Below are positions 33,500-46,700 of a stretch of 64,000 bases of DNA, one piece after another (positions within the stretch are counted from its first letter, which is position 1; the number at the start of each line of letters is the position of its first letter). Source of the DNA: Massalongia carnosa. Its lineage: Eukaryota. The notes beneath the pieces are model-generated. The model saw only the letters and a list, made by a program, of their open reading frames with translations, did no database searches and was not told the origin of the DNA. Where the stretch lies: positions 310,001 through 374,000 of the forward strand of contig OZ287080.1 of NCBI GenBank assembly GCA_965645245.1. The letters are read 5' to 3'. A program made the position numbers and the translations under genes.

Positions 33500-36400
33500 A
33501 CGACGACATGTGAGGATACTGGCTCATTAAGCGTACGATTAACAGGAACAATTTAGATCTTATCTGGATCAACAAAGAATAAGGGGATCACTCTATCCGT
33601 GTCTGTAAGTTGAAAGATGCTCAAATTTAGGACCTCGTCTTTATAGGAAGCGGTCTTTAGCAGTCGAATCCAAAGGAACACTTGCTGAATATTCTCAAAT
33701 GGTAGACAGTGAGTATAAATTTGTCGAAGCTGAGCATATGTGCCAGAGCGGAATCGAAGAAAGTCGCCAGTATGCAATGAGAAACGTTTGCCGGTTGACC
33801 TGACAGTAAAGGAGCATTGTTCATACCAGTACAAAGGCTTTTTTCCCCATTGAACGCCATTAAGGCCATACCCGGTCATAGCAGTCTGCATCAGTTGCCT
33901 AAATCGGAGCTCTGTGGAGTTTGTTATTCTGATAGGAAGACCTTGATTTTGTGCATAGGAAAGTTTGAGCTTTTCCCGCACTGCAGGTTTTAAATGTGAG
34001 GGAGATTCTAATAGATAATTATTTGTCGACTCCTGATCGTCTGTTTGTGGGCGATCCCCGTAGAATAATAGACTTTCAAGGAGAGCCGGGCAGTTCCGCT
34101 TCAAACGAATCATTTGCAGAGTGATCTCCGGATCGGTATGACGAAATGAGCCATTCAAAAAAGCGAAGAAAGTGAAGAGGATAGCGGCTTTCACTAAAAG
34201 CTGTCGCTCTGGCTTTCGATGATTTGTTGATAATACGGCTTTGCTTTAAAAAAGCGATGTTTGTCTTCTCCAAAGAGAACATTAACGTTCCACAGAACAT
34301 CATACTCCTGCATGACTGTTTCGGAATGCATACCGATATGAAAGTTTAGCAGCTTATCGGCCTCGCCATTCCGAGTAGTCACTGATGCAGAAAGTCTCAT
34401 GTCGGGATCTGACACAAGATTACCAACGGAGTGTCTGTATCACCAATAAGGGAGTTTATGAATTTTTCAGAAATCGATGCTCGTCTAGAACTGAAAGATA
34501 AATCCTCAGTGACAGACTAACTTTTCTCGTTGTCTTTCTTCTTTTCTTGTCGTTTTGGATTTTGTGCTGCATTCATCAGACCTAGAAAACATTGTCGAGC
34601 ATTGACGATTTGACAGTAAACTTCTTGACGATCTTTGAGGGATAATTCGAAAGACGAGAATAACGTGTTACTCCATGCGAGTTTCCCAAAGCAAAACACT
34701 ATCAAATCTTCATCTGAAGCGCAATGGCGACGTTCTGTAGGAAACTGAACTTTCAATCCATTTCGAAAAGGCTGTCGTACATGACGGTTTCTTAACCAAC
34801 AGCGAAGAAGTAGAGGTATTACGACTGAGGCACGAGCGCATTCGCTCATACTCCATGAGGCAATATGAATAGCCGGAGACTGTATTCGGCCCCAGCCAGG
34901 TGGAAACGGAAAACAGTGCAAGGCAGCTGTAAACTATTCAGCAGCTCGTTTCGTGAGTATTTTCGTGTAAAGAAAAGGGTACAATCTTCGTACTAGTCCG
35001 TAATACTCGCTATGAGCCGGATCCGGTGGACAACTCATGATAAGATCAAGCGCCGGGGTTAATGTCTGAAGCGCAGAAGATTCGGGTTTGAGCCCATTTC
35101 GTGTAAGATATGCCAGTCTCTTTGTCTTTCCTTTTATTGCTAGGCTTTTTTTTCGTATAGCCAACACCTCATGATGATAACGACCATGAAGTAGAATATC
35201 CCGCTGCAAATCTCCTCGATTATGGAGGCCCGCATCACAAAAGCGACAACAATAGTTGGCACGTGGCCCAAGAAACCCTCCGGAGGCTTGCTGCTGCTTC
35301 ATATCACCAAGATATGCTAGAATCGGAACCCAAGCCGCTTGTTTCTGTCCATTGATTTCAAGAATGCAACCACGATCCATGTTTCCCAAGCTGGTATGAA
35401 GACAGTTCATCACATCTTTAAACTCGGATCCGTGCGGGCCAAGAGCAATGGTGTAAGCATTAAAACACTTTTGACGTTCCGAGGCGGGCAAGCCTGCTGG
35501 CATGGCATAGACACCAGTGATGGAACGATACATGTTTCGATATAACCCGAAATCGTCGATGAAAATGACAAGGGGATATGACTGAACTCCTTTAATTAGC
35601 TGTGAGATTAGGTACTCTCGACCAAAGACTTCTAATTCTAATTCCGCTCGAATCGGTGTTGAAAGATTGATTGATCTAAGATCTCCTCGCGTGACGTTGA
35701 ATATCTGACGAATTAAGACAGGCGTTGTAGACCTACAAATTGCAACATCGAAACGGCGAGCTAGAACATGCTCGGATAAGACATCTTGATCCGCGTCTTC
35801 TATCAAAAGCAACTGATCTTCGGGCCAGTCAAACGTGACCGGAATTGAATATTCGTTGACGTTCTTTCTACTTATCAAAGGACGAATCCTGACAAGAGTT
35901 TGACCTAGCAAAGATCGCGATCTTTGATCACGTCCAAAAAATATGACCTATCCGCAGTGACTGTCATGAATAATCCCACATTTATCATTGCCACAGCGAT
36001 ACTGCACAATGTCAGAGGGGAAAATGGATGAATCGGGAAATCTCGCAAAATCATTGGAACATGTACGAATAGAAGAAACCCAACTGTTTGAATGCCAGTA
36101 TTCCGAAGGACTATCAACGATCTCTGCCATACCGATATGAATGTTTCGTTGAGTTGTGGCTGAAAGTAAGATACTGATAATAATTCGAGCATCAAAGTAA
36201 TAGACGTTGGCTTGAGCCGGTCTTGGTGTTCCGGTGGGTTGTTTTTCTCGTCGTACTGATACCGCTGCCTTCTGAATGGATGGGAGGGGAAGGCGCTTAC
36301 GGCACCAGGATTGCAAAGTTGATAGTCGCTTTGGCAAATTTCGCACTTCATGAGTGTCTAGCAATTGCAAAACTTCGAGTAGGCCATCATAGGTGCGTCG

Positions 36401-37169
36401 CTTGATGCCTTCTTTATCACACCAGAGACCGAGAGCCAGGCAGAAATCCGATATTTCTCCTCGTACTGGGCGGGAGGGCACCCGGATCTCATCATCAATC
36501 GTGCTTTCAGGAGCAGAAGGGGCAAACTCGTTGAAAGACTCACCGGTGTCTGTGCTTTCTATATCAAATTTCGTGAGTTTATTGGATGACAATGTCATGA
36601 TAGCATTTGAAGAAATTAAGCTGACAGCAAAGGCCGATGTATCAGCGATTGAAGCAGGCCGAGTATGAACGTTTTGAAACTCTTCATCAGTTTCCCGCTC
36701 ATAATCACTATTTGATCGAATGCCGTCTCTATACCGGCTAGCAAATTGTCTTGAACGTGTTGTTCAGGAACTTAGTTAGACGATGGTTGGATTTTATTGA
36801 GATTCTCTATGGTTCGCTTCTTATGCGCCATTGTCATTCGTTCTGAACTCTGGATTTGCTTCTGCTTCTCATGAATATGTACAGAATTGTGTTGGTATGA
36901 AGAACCGGCTTGCGTAGACCCGTGGCCAGGGGAGTCTATCGGTTGACTTATGGAAGGCAGTGGGCTGACCCTTGGGACACTGCTCTGAACAGTGGATGCT
37001 GGAACAATCAATGTCTTTTCTACAAGAGGAGGACCTTGAAAACTGAAATCATCAAGGTCGGCTTTTTTCAGATTGATATGAAGAAGGCTTACTGCTGGAA
37101 CGGTTGAAGCAGTGTCGATGATTTATGCTTTCTTCTCTTTCTCAAAACATAACCTTCGTCGAGCATCAT
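33500..37169 (-). pseudogene. Large DDE transposase relic, CACTA/EnSpm-Plavaka-like, with possible C-terminal BAH-like domain
   Basis: Consecutive fragments carry FIDDFGLYRN, GDMKQQ...CCRFC, DPAHSEYYGL and GEDKHR, a spacing typical of CMC-type RNase H folds. The superfamily call is an inference. Confidence 0.55.
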
Positions 37170-38659
37170 AGTCTCCGTCGCATCATACTGATATTCGCGA
37201 CGAGGCATCGTGTCTCATAACTGAGTTTAGTTCTGTGCGCAGGTGAGGTATTCTCATGAAGAATCACTTGTGCGTTGATATTTTAGTTCTTAGAGCTTTA
37301 GCACATTATTTCAGCACATTATTTCACAACATTAGCATTCGTCTTTACCGCTTCGCGCTTTCTTTCGATTGCACTATCATTAATGCTGATATCACACATA
37401 CAATCATGAACGTATCATCGTCAAATGAAGAGGTCCTCGAACCTTTAATGCAAGCCGAAACACAATCAGGATCAACAGCGGCAGAAATATCAATCAAAAA
37501 GACGCGGAGAAGACAAGGCCATTACCTCTGAATAGAAACTAATAGTCATGCGAATGGAGGCTTCTTTGCGGCCATTTGCGCTTCGTTATGGCAAGTTGGA
37601 CGCCGATCAAATAGCGCATATCGTTCGAAATGCAATAAGAGAAGAAGTGGATGAGGAAGATATTTATTTCAGGAAGGGAGTCACCAAGGTGCAATCCATC
37701 GTTTCAACGTGGAAACATCGCTCTCTAGCGTGTATGGAAGTATGTAGCTTGCTATTGGCGTTTATACTCGACTTTTGACTGTTTTTAGGACTACATACAG
37801 TCTGCTATCATGAGAGACAACCTAGGGCTGCTGGAATCCGAGCATGACTCGAGCAGGCTATTCAAAGCCTTTGCACAGCAATATGATCATCATGATGCTG
37901 AGACAGTCTTTCCATGGGCAGCCAAAACTTTGATGATCCACGAGTCTTCAAAGAAGGGTGCAATGCCTCGAGGGATTAAAGATAAGTGACAAGGCATACG
38001 AGAACTGATGGAATTTACATATTGAATGAAAAAAGTATATTTTTTAAATTTAGCGGTCAAGACGAAATTGTACTTACTCGAGATGACTGGAATATGCAAC
38101 AAACCTAGATATGCAACAGCACTAGTAGGGGTTTACCCGAAGTTTGACCGATAATCTTCTGATTAGCATTGCCAGTCTTTCCTTATCGAATTTGGCTGCA
38201 GTATCTTCAGAGCACTAATAATTGCAAGTAACGGCCGAATTAATGGTTTAAACAATTGAAGCTATAGAAAGCTTTGGTGCCTAGGCCCGCCCGCTAGGCC
38301 GGCTCAGTGCTATATTATACATGATGTAGTATATAAAGCAGTCAATCTCGCCTTCTAGGAGGTCTCACTATCCTCCCAGAAGCCGTACATACAGGCAATA
38401 CAGTCACAGTGTCCTTGATTTTATGTATTCCCTCACTTCGGGCCTTGACTGACTTCCTGCCTCTTTTACCTCTCATCCCTTTATCCCTAACATCCTGTAC
38501 CTCAGTCTGTATAGCGAACTCCGGATCCTCATTCTCTAAGCAAGGCTCTGGCGGAGCAAGTGTTGAAGGGTCTAAATCGATGGAAATTGGCTGGATAGCC
38601 TGTGCCTTCTTATTTGTCTTGTTTTTCAGACTTTGAGGTTTGGGCTCTGCAATGAGGCT

Positions 38660-40330
38660 TCACACAGATTTCCAGGCCTCCCAGAACTCCTTCTCTTGTT
38701 TATCTGCACGCTTCTTCTGCTCCTCTGTGTGCTTCTTCATCTCCCGTTCTTCGAGGACGTCATGATTCATTATACGTCCTTTACCGAGCTGTTGATTTGA
38801 ACGTTTGGCCTTCTCCTTTTTACACCGTTGATTCTCCAACAATTCAGTATTTGTAGTCTCTAGTAACACCTTCTCGACGTACGCTTTTGATCCAGCCTTG
38901 CCTAGCTTCATAATCTCTTGCTGGGTAGCCTTCCCATCAATAGCTTTGTGGACGATTTCATCGAATTCAGCTGCATTTCTTGGAGTCTTGATAGGAGCGG
39001 ATATAGTGACGCCATCCAACGATCGGAAGAATACTTCTGGTGGCGTATACGGCCTTAGAGTAACAGTGTTTATCACATCTTTCGGCTGTGGCAATGTCTT
39101 CAAAAGACTCTCTGGATCCAGAGGAAATAGAAGTGCTTTCTGCCAAGCACTGAGAATAGTAGTGAGTTTGGCTGTCTCACCCCGAGCTCGTTGATATAAA
39201 TCAATGAAATCGACCTTATCCACGTTAGCACTGCTATCCCATTTTATCAGACGTAGTAGCTTGGTCCGATAGAGACTCCCCAGTGGCTGAAAGAAACCCA
39301 CATCTAACGGCTGGAGGACATGAGTCGTGTGAGCTGGAAGGCAAGCAAGAATAATCTTCTCATTGATACAGAATTGGATAACTTCCGACGTAATATGAGA
39401 AGCATACCCGTCGAGAATAAGTAAGCGATATTCGCCTTGTTGTCACTTCTTCGAATATGGATCAAATACACGTTTAAACCATTCGAAAGCGAGTGTATTA
39501 TTGGTCTAGCCCTTGTCACTGATAGCGATGATATTACCTCGCTCCAATTCATTCATCCAGGCCTTCCTTTGAGTCTTTGCTTTAAAGATGACGAAAGCAG
39601 GAAGAAGTGCTCCATCTGCAGAGATACATTCAAGAAGAGACACCCATTCCCGGCTCCCATTCTGACACATGTATGCATTGAGGCTTGCCTTTGAAACCAC
39701 TACTTTCTGCTTTCCTGCTTGGCCTATTGCAAAGCCTTTCTCGTCCATATTATATACGTCTCTTTTTTCAATGTTGTATTGCTTCATTGTGTCCGAAAAG
39801 AGCTTAAACCAATGATTGATTGTTTCGTAATTGACTGCATTGATGCGCTCTTTATCTAACGGAGTGCAAAAGCGAGATTTTAACGAATGATGTCGATTCA
39901 AGAACTTCTCCACCCAGTGACATCCCAATAGGGTATGATTTCATCTTTTTTTGAGAATCTCTTCTGCTTGTAACTTGATTCGATAAATCATTGGAGGGAA
40001 GCCCCATTTGGCCAATAATTCGATCCAGTTTACTAAGCATTCCTCCTCAATGAAAGTGAGGCGTTGTTAGGCTTGATGAGCTTTGTGATGAGGTAATGTT
40101 TCTCCTTTGTATCGTCGATATAATGTTGTATGGCAAACATTGTATTTGTTGGCATATTAGCGAAATGAAGGCTTCTCTTGCTTAGGCTTTATTTCAGGCT
40201 GGAGTTCATATTCATCTCACCGCTTGATAGCTTTGGCAAAGGAGATCAGAGCAAGCTCCATGCGCTCACGCCTTGGGATGACCTTTGTATCTGATTCCTC
40301 TTCTAATGGGTCTTCCTCAACAGCTTGCAT
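38660..40330 (-). pseudogene. pogo/Fot1 transposase (HTH + DDE_1), disrupted
   Basis: WVEKFLNRH, YNMDEKGF, LILDGYASH and HVLQPLD motifs, with several frameshifts and stops. Confidence 0.9.
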
Positions 40331-40493
40331 GATATTTTGGTAACGGAGGGATGGCTAGGCCAGGCGCTGAAACCAATTATAGCTTCAATGGCCAGAGTTG
40401 AGGATTGGAGAGTAGGTATAGGTCAAGTGGCTGATTTGTAGAGACGCTACAGTATAAAGTTTGGTAGGAATGCTTCAGGATAAACGCATCGGA

Positions 40494-41383
40494 TGTTAAA
40501 TAAACAGTTGACGGCATAATGCTGAAATTACTACGGAGGTGACTGCTTATAGCAGTCATGGCAGCCTGCAGGGCTGAGCTAGAACTAATGGGGCTAAGCG
40601 AGTATTCCAACACTCCCCTTCGAGCGTGGCTCCCCTTTCGCCTCCAAAATTGAACTATCCAGCTTTTATCACTCCCCTTGCGAAGTGATTCATCCAGCTG
40701 TGTCCGATTCGCTCCCCTTGCGGAACGAATCTAGCTCCCTCTGACTCCATTTTCCCTAAGCACGTAGTTCTTTCTTATGTCTTTTGTTGTCCTGCTTTGT
40801 AGCCTCATTAAACCCATAACCATCTCTCGAGACGTAGCTTTTGTGAGTGTATGGGTGGATGGGAAGAGTACTATGGACGTGTTTTATTGATGGCCTGAGC
40901 AGGGCTTTTCTCGATGTCTCTGTTAGACATTTTCCCGCAGACCATTGACGTTGGTGGCCTGATCGCAGGGCTTTTATCTCCCCTTGCTGATCTGACCAGT
41001 AATGCAAGATGTGAAGTCTTCGAGGCACCGCCCGTTGTAGATGTCCTCCTCAGCACGTTTCGTACGTACACCACTTTCGATGACGTTTCCGCTTCGTTTC
41101 CGCTTCGTTTCTCATCCCTTTCGATGTCGTTTCCGCTTCGTTTTCGCGCTTTCCACGTCTGAACTTTCACCTCATCATCTTCTTGATACGACATGATAGT
41201 ACGTAGTCTATGCATGAAGGATGCCGTCGGAGGGGCGCAAAGCACAAACCCGGGACTCATAACCTGTTAAATAAACAGTTGACGGCATAATGTTGAAATT
41301 ACTACGGAGGTGACTGCTTATAGCAGTCATGGCAGCCTGCAGGGCTGAGCTAGAACTAATGGGGCTAAGCGAGTATTCCAACA
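40494..41383 (-). mobile_element. TRIM-like non-autonomous Copia-type element (890 bp)
   Basis: 119-bp LTRs at 40494-40612 and 41265-41383 (one visible difference). TSD TCGGA. On the minus strand, PBS GGTTATGAGTCCC and PPT AAGGGGAG. Confidence 0.92.
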
Positions 41384-43772
41384 TCGGATAGACATCGGAT
41401 ATAAACCCCTACTAGTGCTGTTACATATCTAGGTTTGTTGCATATCCCAGTCATCCCGAGTAGACGCACCCAGAGCCGAAGGCACAGATCGAACCTCTCT
41501 TCTAATCGTCGGCTCGCTTACCTCCGGGATCCGACTTGAAAAAATGTCGAGCGCATTTTAGTCGGGGAAAGCGGTTGCATCCCGGAAAGCGGTTGCATCC
41601 CCCCAAATTCAAATTTCTTCATCTTTTTGATCATTGACCAACAACCACAATGATTAAAAATCAGCCGATACCGTACATAGCTTGAAAATTATCGCCGTCA
41701 TCATCACCGTCGTCAAAATCATTTCCCTTGACTCCCCTGACCCCCTGACCCTCGTGATTCTCCGCTTACTCCGCATACCCCTCATACCCCGCATTCTAAC
41801 AATCATTCGCATCTCCTGGTTGAAAAGATGCTTCCGAATCGAATTCTTTCAATGATTCTTCCAAATCGAAAGATACGAAATTATCTCGTAGCCATGTTTC
41901 TCCTTCTGGAAGATCTGGAAGGATTGAATTATCTCCATGACCAGTACTATCTACGATAAACGTGACATCTTCCTTATTGACATTGGCACGCGGATTCTTT
42001 CTAATTTCCTTCTTCGCTTCCTCAGCTATCCATACCTCATTCGTGGCCTTCCATAATGCCTCGGGGTCAGGAATCTTCTCATACATCTTAATTGGAATGG
42101 GACCGAGCATTTTCTGCATTTCTTTCAGCTGTTTAACTCGATCTCTTTCTGCTTTTCGAGCAGCCAATCCCTTGACATGCATTTCGTCTCTTTCTATTCG
42201 CCATAGCTTCATGAAGCTATTATTCGCTCGTTTCTCCTCAGCCTCTTGATCCTGTTGTATTCTGATGGCTATAGCCTGCTTTGCATATTCCGCTGTGATT
42301 CCCAATCTTCCGGTTTCTGGTCTCAGACGTTTACAAGACATTCGTCTGTTATTTAACTGACTTCTTCTTGATTCTCGATGCATTACCAGCTCCGTGCCAT
42401 CGATAATCGCATTCGAAACAACTTCATTTGTATTGTCTACAAATGAGTCCCATTCCTCAGCCCGAGCGGGATCACTCCATTGCATGGATTTTCTGATTTT
42501 CGGTCCCCATTGACTCAAACCATACTCAATGTCAGCTACTTTTGTCGGTTGGATTTGACGAGGTAGGGGTAGAGGTAATGAGGGCTCATTATTCAGACTG
42601 TTTAATGAATCATTGGGATCATTGGGATTGAAATTTTTCAGCTAACGAATGCATGCCTTTGGATCAATCGGCCACATTCCCGACTTTTCAAATGCATGCC
42701 GAATCGTAGAAGTCTTGAATGTATGATTTCTGATTTTGGTCAAGTCCCGTATAAATTGATGAGACAGAGAATACTCGACAAATGACGACGCAACGACTTC
42801 CTCAATAGCTTTGCAATGCCAATGCTTATAAGGCTGAAATACGCCCACATCCAATGTTTGCATGCAATGAGTTAAATACGGTATAAAGGGAAAGGGTCGA
42901 ATGCGATTCTCATTGGCCAAAAGTGAAAATTCAGGGGTTGTATGACTGCCATGATTATCCATCAGCAATAATTGCCATTCCGCATCAGGTCCTACATTTG
43001 TATGTTTGATAAGTGAAACGGGGAGACCTTCTCCCAGCAGGCATTCACTACTGGAAGATGGGATCCACAGGGGCTACACAACGTGATGGTCACAATAGAG
43101 GTACAAATAGGTTGGGTCGGGTCAAAGGGTAGACTAAATGCTACCCTTTTAAAGTGCTTGATCATTGATCTATATAGGATAGGACAATCCATAACCTAAG
43201 CTCTTCTTCCATACCTTGCCCATACTACCTGGTATTTTCGGACTCCGAAATACTTCGGACACCGAAAGACACGGGTAGATAAGACTAGGCAGGTGAGCTA
43301 GGGGAGGTGAGGCGAGGCGAGGGGATACTTCGTGTACTACGAAAACACCTCCATAATAAGTTAAGTCCCCACACTATGCCTAACTGGGTTAGGCGGGACC
43401 TTATTGTCTTGGTGGTTGTTTTGGCTGTACGTATCCCACATAGCCACATAGGCCAGTCTTACGTTCAACGAACGCATACTTGGCCTACCCTATTACAACT
43501 GCCTCCCTCCTATGGTCGAGTCCCATCCGAGACATGCACTGCAAAAGATAGCCTCATGACGACCTAGGGTGCGTACCTAGACAACTCCATAAAAACCCTC
43601 TGACCCTTTGGGACAGAGGCAAAAAGGCATCGCTGTCATGACAGGTACGGCCTAGCCGAATGATCCACTGCGCCGACGGTCCCCTTGTGAGTATGCAGCC
43701 CCTTCCGGCCATTAGGCACCGACTTACATACTCACTGCCAATGCCGCAGCATTGGACTTCTTCGCCTGTCCC

Positions 43773-46700
43773 TTAGGACTTGACTCGCGGCTTCTTGCGC
43801 GTATGGACCGTCCCAGCCGCGCCAGCGTCATCTATACCTAACTGCCGACGACCCCTCTTGGGACGTCCTAGACGCAGCGGTGTTACCAAGTCGACCCCCA
43901 CTTGCGAGGTTAAAGGCAAAGCCTCATCGACAGGGCCAGGCGGGGAGTCCGGCTGCAGCGCGGAGTACGTCGATTTCTTCGCTAGAGGAGGACGTGGAGG
44001 ACCTGAATCGACTGGGGTTCCGCTTGCGGTGGATTTTGAAGGATTATCCTTATGGAATAACCTCACCATCTTGCGTAAATGCTTGATGGCCGCATACGGT
44101 TCCCAGCTATCCTCAGACTCAGGGTATCCTTTCCAATGGATCAGATAATAAAGCCCTGCAGGTCTCCCGTCCTCCGACTCCCTAGCATAGACAGCCGAAT
44201 CTTGAATACTCTCGACCTCGTACTCCTTTGGTTCAGTTTCATTGAACTCTAGCTGCTCCGCTAATTCTTTATCGACTCCCCCCTTCTTAGTGCCATTCTT
44301 CTCCAGAAGAGACACATGAAAGACATCATGGATTCGCCAACGCGGCGGCAGTTGGATGCGATAGGCTTGCTTGCCAATCGGCTCAATAACCTTGAATGGA
44401 CCTAGGAACTTGTGTTCAAGCTTCCTGTTCCTCTTCGTGTTAATGTGCTTGCCATCCAACCAAACTGACTCGCCGGGGCTGTACACACGATCCTTTGTAG
44501 CCTTGTTATGGTAGCGAGCTTGAGACTCTTGTGCACCTCTAAGGTTTGCCTTGCACAGGTCCATAAGCTCTTTGAGTTCCGCGACCTCAGCCCCCGCCGC
44601 CCTAGACCGCGAACGGGGATCCAGCTCATCCTCATAGCTCATCCGCGGATGATAACCGCAGTTCAACTCGAAAGGAGTCAACCCGGTGCTAGAGTGCTTG
44701 GAGTTATTGAAGGCGAACTCAGCCATGGGCAGATACTGCACCCAGTCGTCCTGCTCGAATGAGACAAAGGACCGGAGGTACGCCTCCAACGTGCTGTTCT
44801 GACGCTCTGTCTGGCCGTCAGTTTGTGGGTGAAAAGCCGTGCTGAGACGCCTCTTAATGCTGACATAATAGCACAGCGAGGACCAGAACTGCGATGTGAA
44901 CAGGGAGCTACGGTCTGTAACTATAGAGTCAGGGAGCCCATGGTATCTCACGACCGAATCAATAATTACTTCCGCGAGGCCTTCAGCCGTCAGCGTTTTC
45001 ATCACTGCTTCGTAATGGACCATCTTCGTCAGGCGGTCAACAATGACGAGGATGGAGTCGTATCCTACTCCACGCCAGTCGCAACTGCGCGGGAGCCCTG
45101 TAACGAAGTCCATCGTAATGTCTTTCCACTTATGCGAGGGAATCGGCAGGGACTGGAGACTCCCATACGGCTTATGCCGCTGCGACTTCGACCTCATGCA
45201 TACGTCACACGCATCCACGTACTTTTCAACGTCCACCTTGATAGTGTCCCAGTGGTATTTCCGAGTCAGCAACTCCTGGGTCTTTTCAATGCCTAAAGGC
45301 CCCGCCAAGGGGTCATCATGATGGCGCGCCATTATCTCAGTTCGTAACGTCTCGGGGATATAAGGCTTGCCTTCATAATATAAGACATCCCCGGACTCCT
45401 TCCAGGGCTCGCCCGAAACACCAGAAAACGCATTAACTTCGGAGGTAGCTAGCCTCTTCCGTACAGCCTGGGCGCCCTTGTCTTCCGCAAGCAACTCAGG
45501 AAGACGTGGAAGTAATGAACCGATTGCAGTGTAGGGACCCTCTTCAGCCACGACTGCCCTTATAACAGCCCATGACTTGACGAGGTCCGGGACCACCGCA
45601 GTCCCACAGATAATCACCTCTAACATCATTTTCCTATACCCCTGCGAGTAGTCACGCTCGCGGGGCTTCTTAGGTTGGCTTAATGCCTTGCAGGCCCGAA
45701 TGGTCACGGGCTCGTTCAACAGCAAAGAATCCTGCAAGCGGTGCAATATCTGCCTATTCTCAACTATTAACTCATCGTCATCCGCCTCAGCCTGGGCGGG
45801 GCGAGATAAGGCGTCTGCGGGGTTGTGAGAACCCTGACGATAGTCAATCCGAAAGTTATACCGGGAGAGCTCCTGCGCCCAACGGATCTGGCGTCCGCCG
45901 AGTCGTTTGGTATCCATGAACCGTTTTAGGTTGTTGTGGTCGGTGAGAACTAGGACTTCATGAGTGCTGCCTTCGAGATAATGCCTCCAATGCCTAAAAG
46001 CCTCGACAATGGCCAGCAACTCCGCGTCATGCGTTTCATAATTACGCTCCGCGGGAATCATCTTCCTAGAAAAGTAGGCTACTGGATGCCAATGACTCTC
46101 ATCGTCCTTTTGTGATAGTATCCCACCGATGGCATACCCAGATGCATCAGTCTCCACGCGTATATGTCGCTCCGCATCGAAATGCCTGAGGACTGGGGCC
46201 GTGACAAAGGCCCCCTTCAGTTGATCGAACGCTACTAACGCCTCAGCAGTCAGAAACGGGTCCGATTTCGGCATTTTAGGGCCCGTCGTCTTCAGCATCG
46301 CGGTCAAAGGCCTAGCGATCTTACTGAACCCTTTGATGAACCGGCGGTAAAAATTGGCAAAGCCTATAAAGACTTGAATATCGCGAACGCACTGGGGTCT
46401 AGGCCAGCTGCGCACGCTCTCTATCCTATCATTCTCCATCCGAATACCTTCAGGTGAAATAATATACCCAAGAAAGCGAACCTCTTTCTGACTGAAACGG
46501 CACTTCTGCAAATTGGCATACAGGCCGTGCTTTCGTAACTGTTCAAAAACCCACTTAACCGCATCAGTGTGCGCTGAACCAGTCTCTTCAGTGTAAATGA
46601 GAATATCGTCTAAGTAGACAATGCAAAAAACATCAAGTTTTTCAGCGAGTACCTTGTTAATCAAAGCTTGAAACGTCGCTGGTGCATTGGAAAGCCCAAA

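Larger units (their letters stand above)
38077..41460 (-). mobile_element. pogo/Fot1-like DNA transposon 1 (carries the TRIM)
   Basis: About 59-bp TIRs (CTCG[A/G]GATGACTGG...GGGGTTTA, 3 mismatches) with TA duplication at 38075-76 and 41461-62. Confidence 0.92.
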
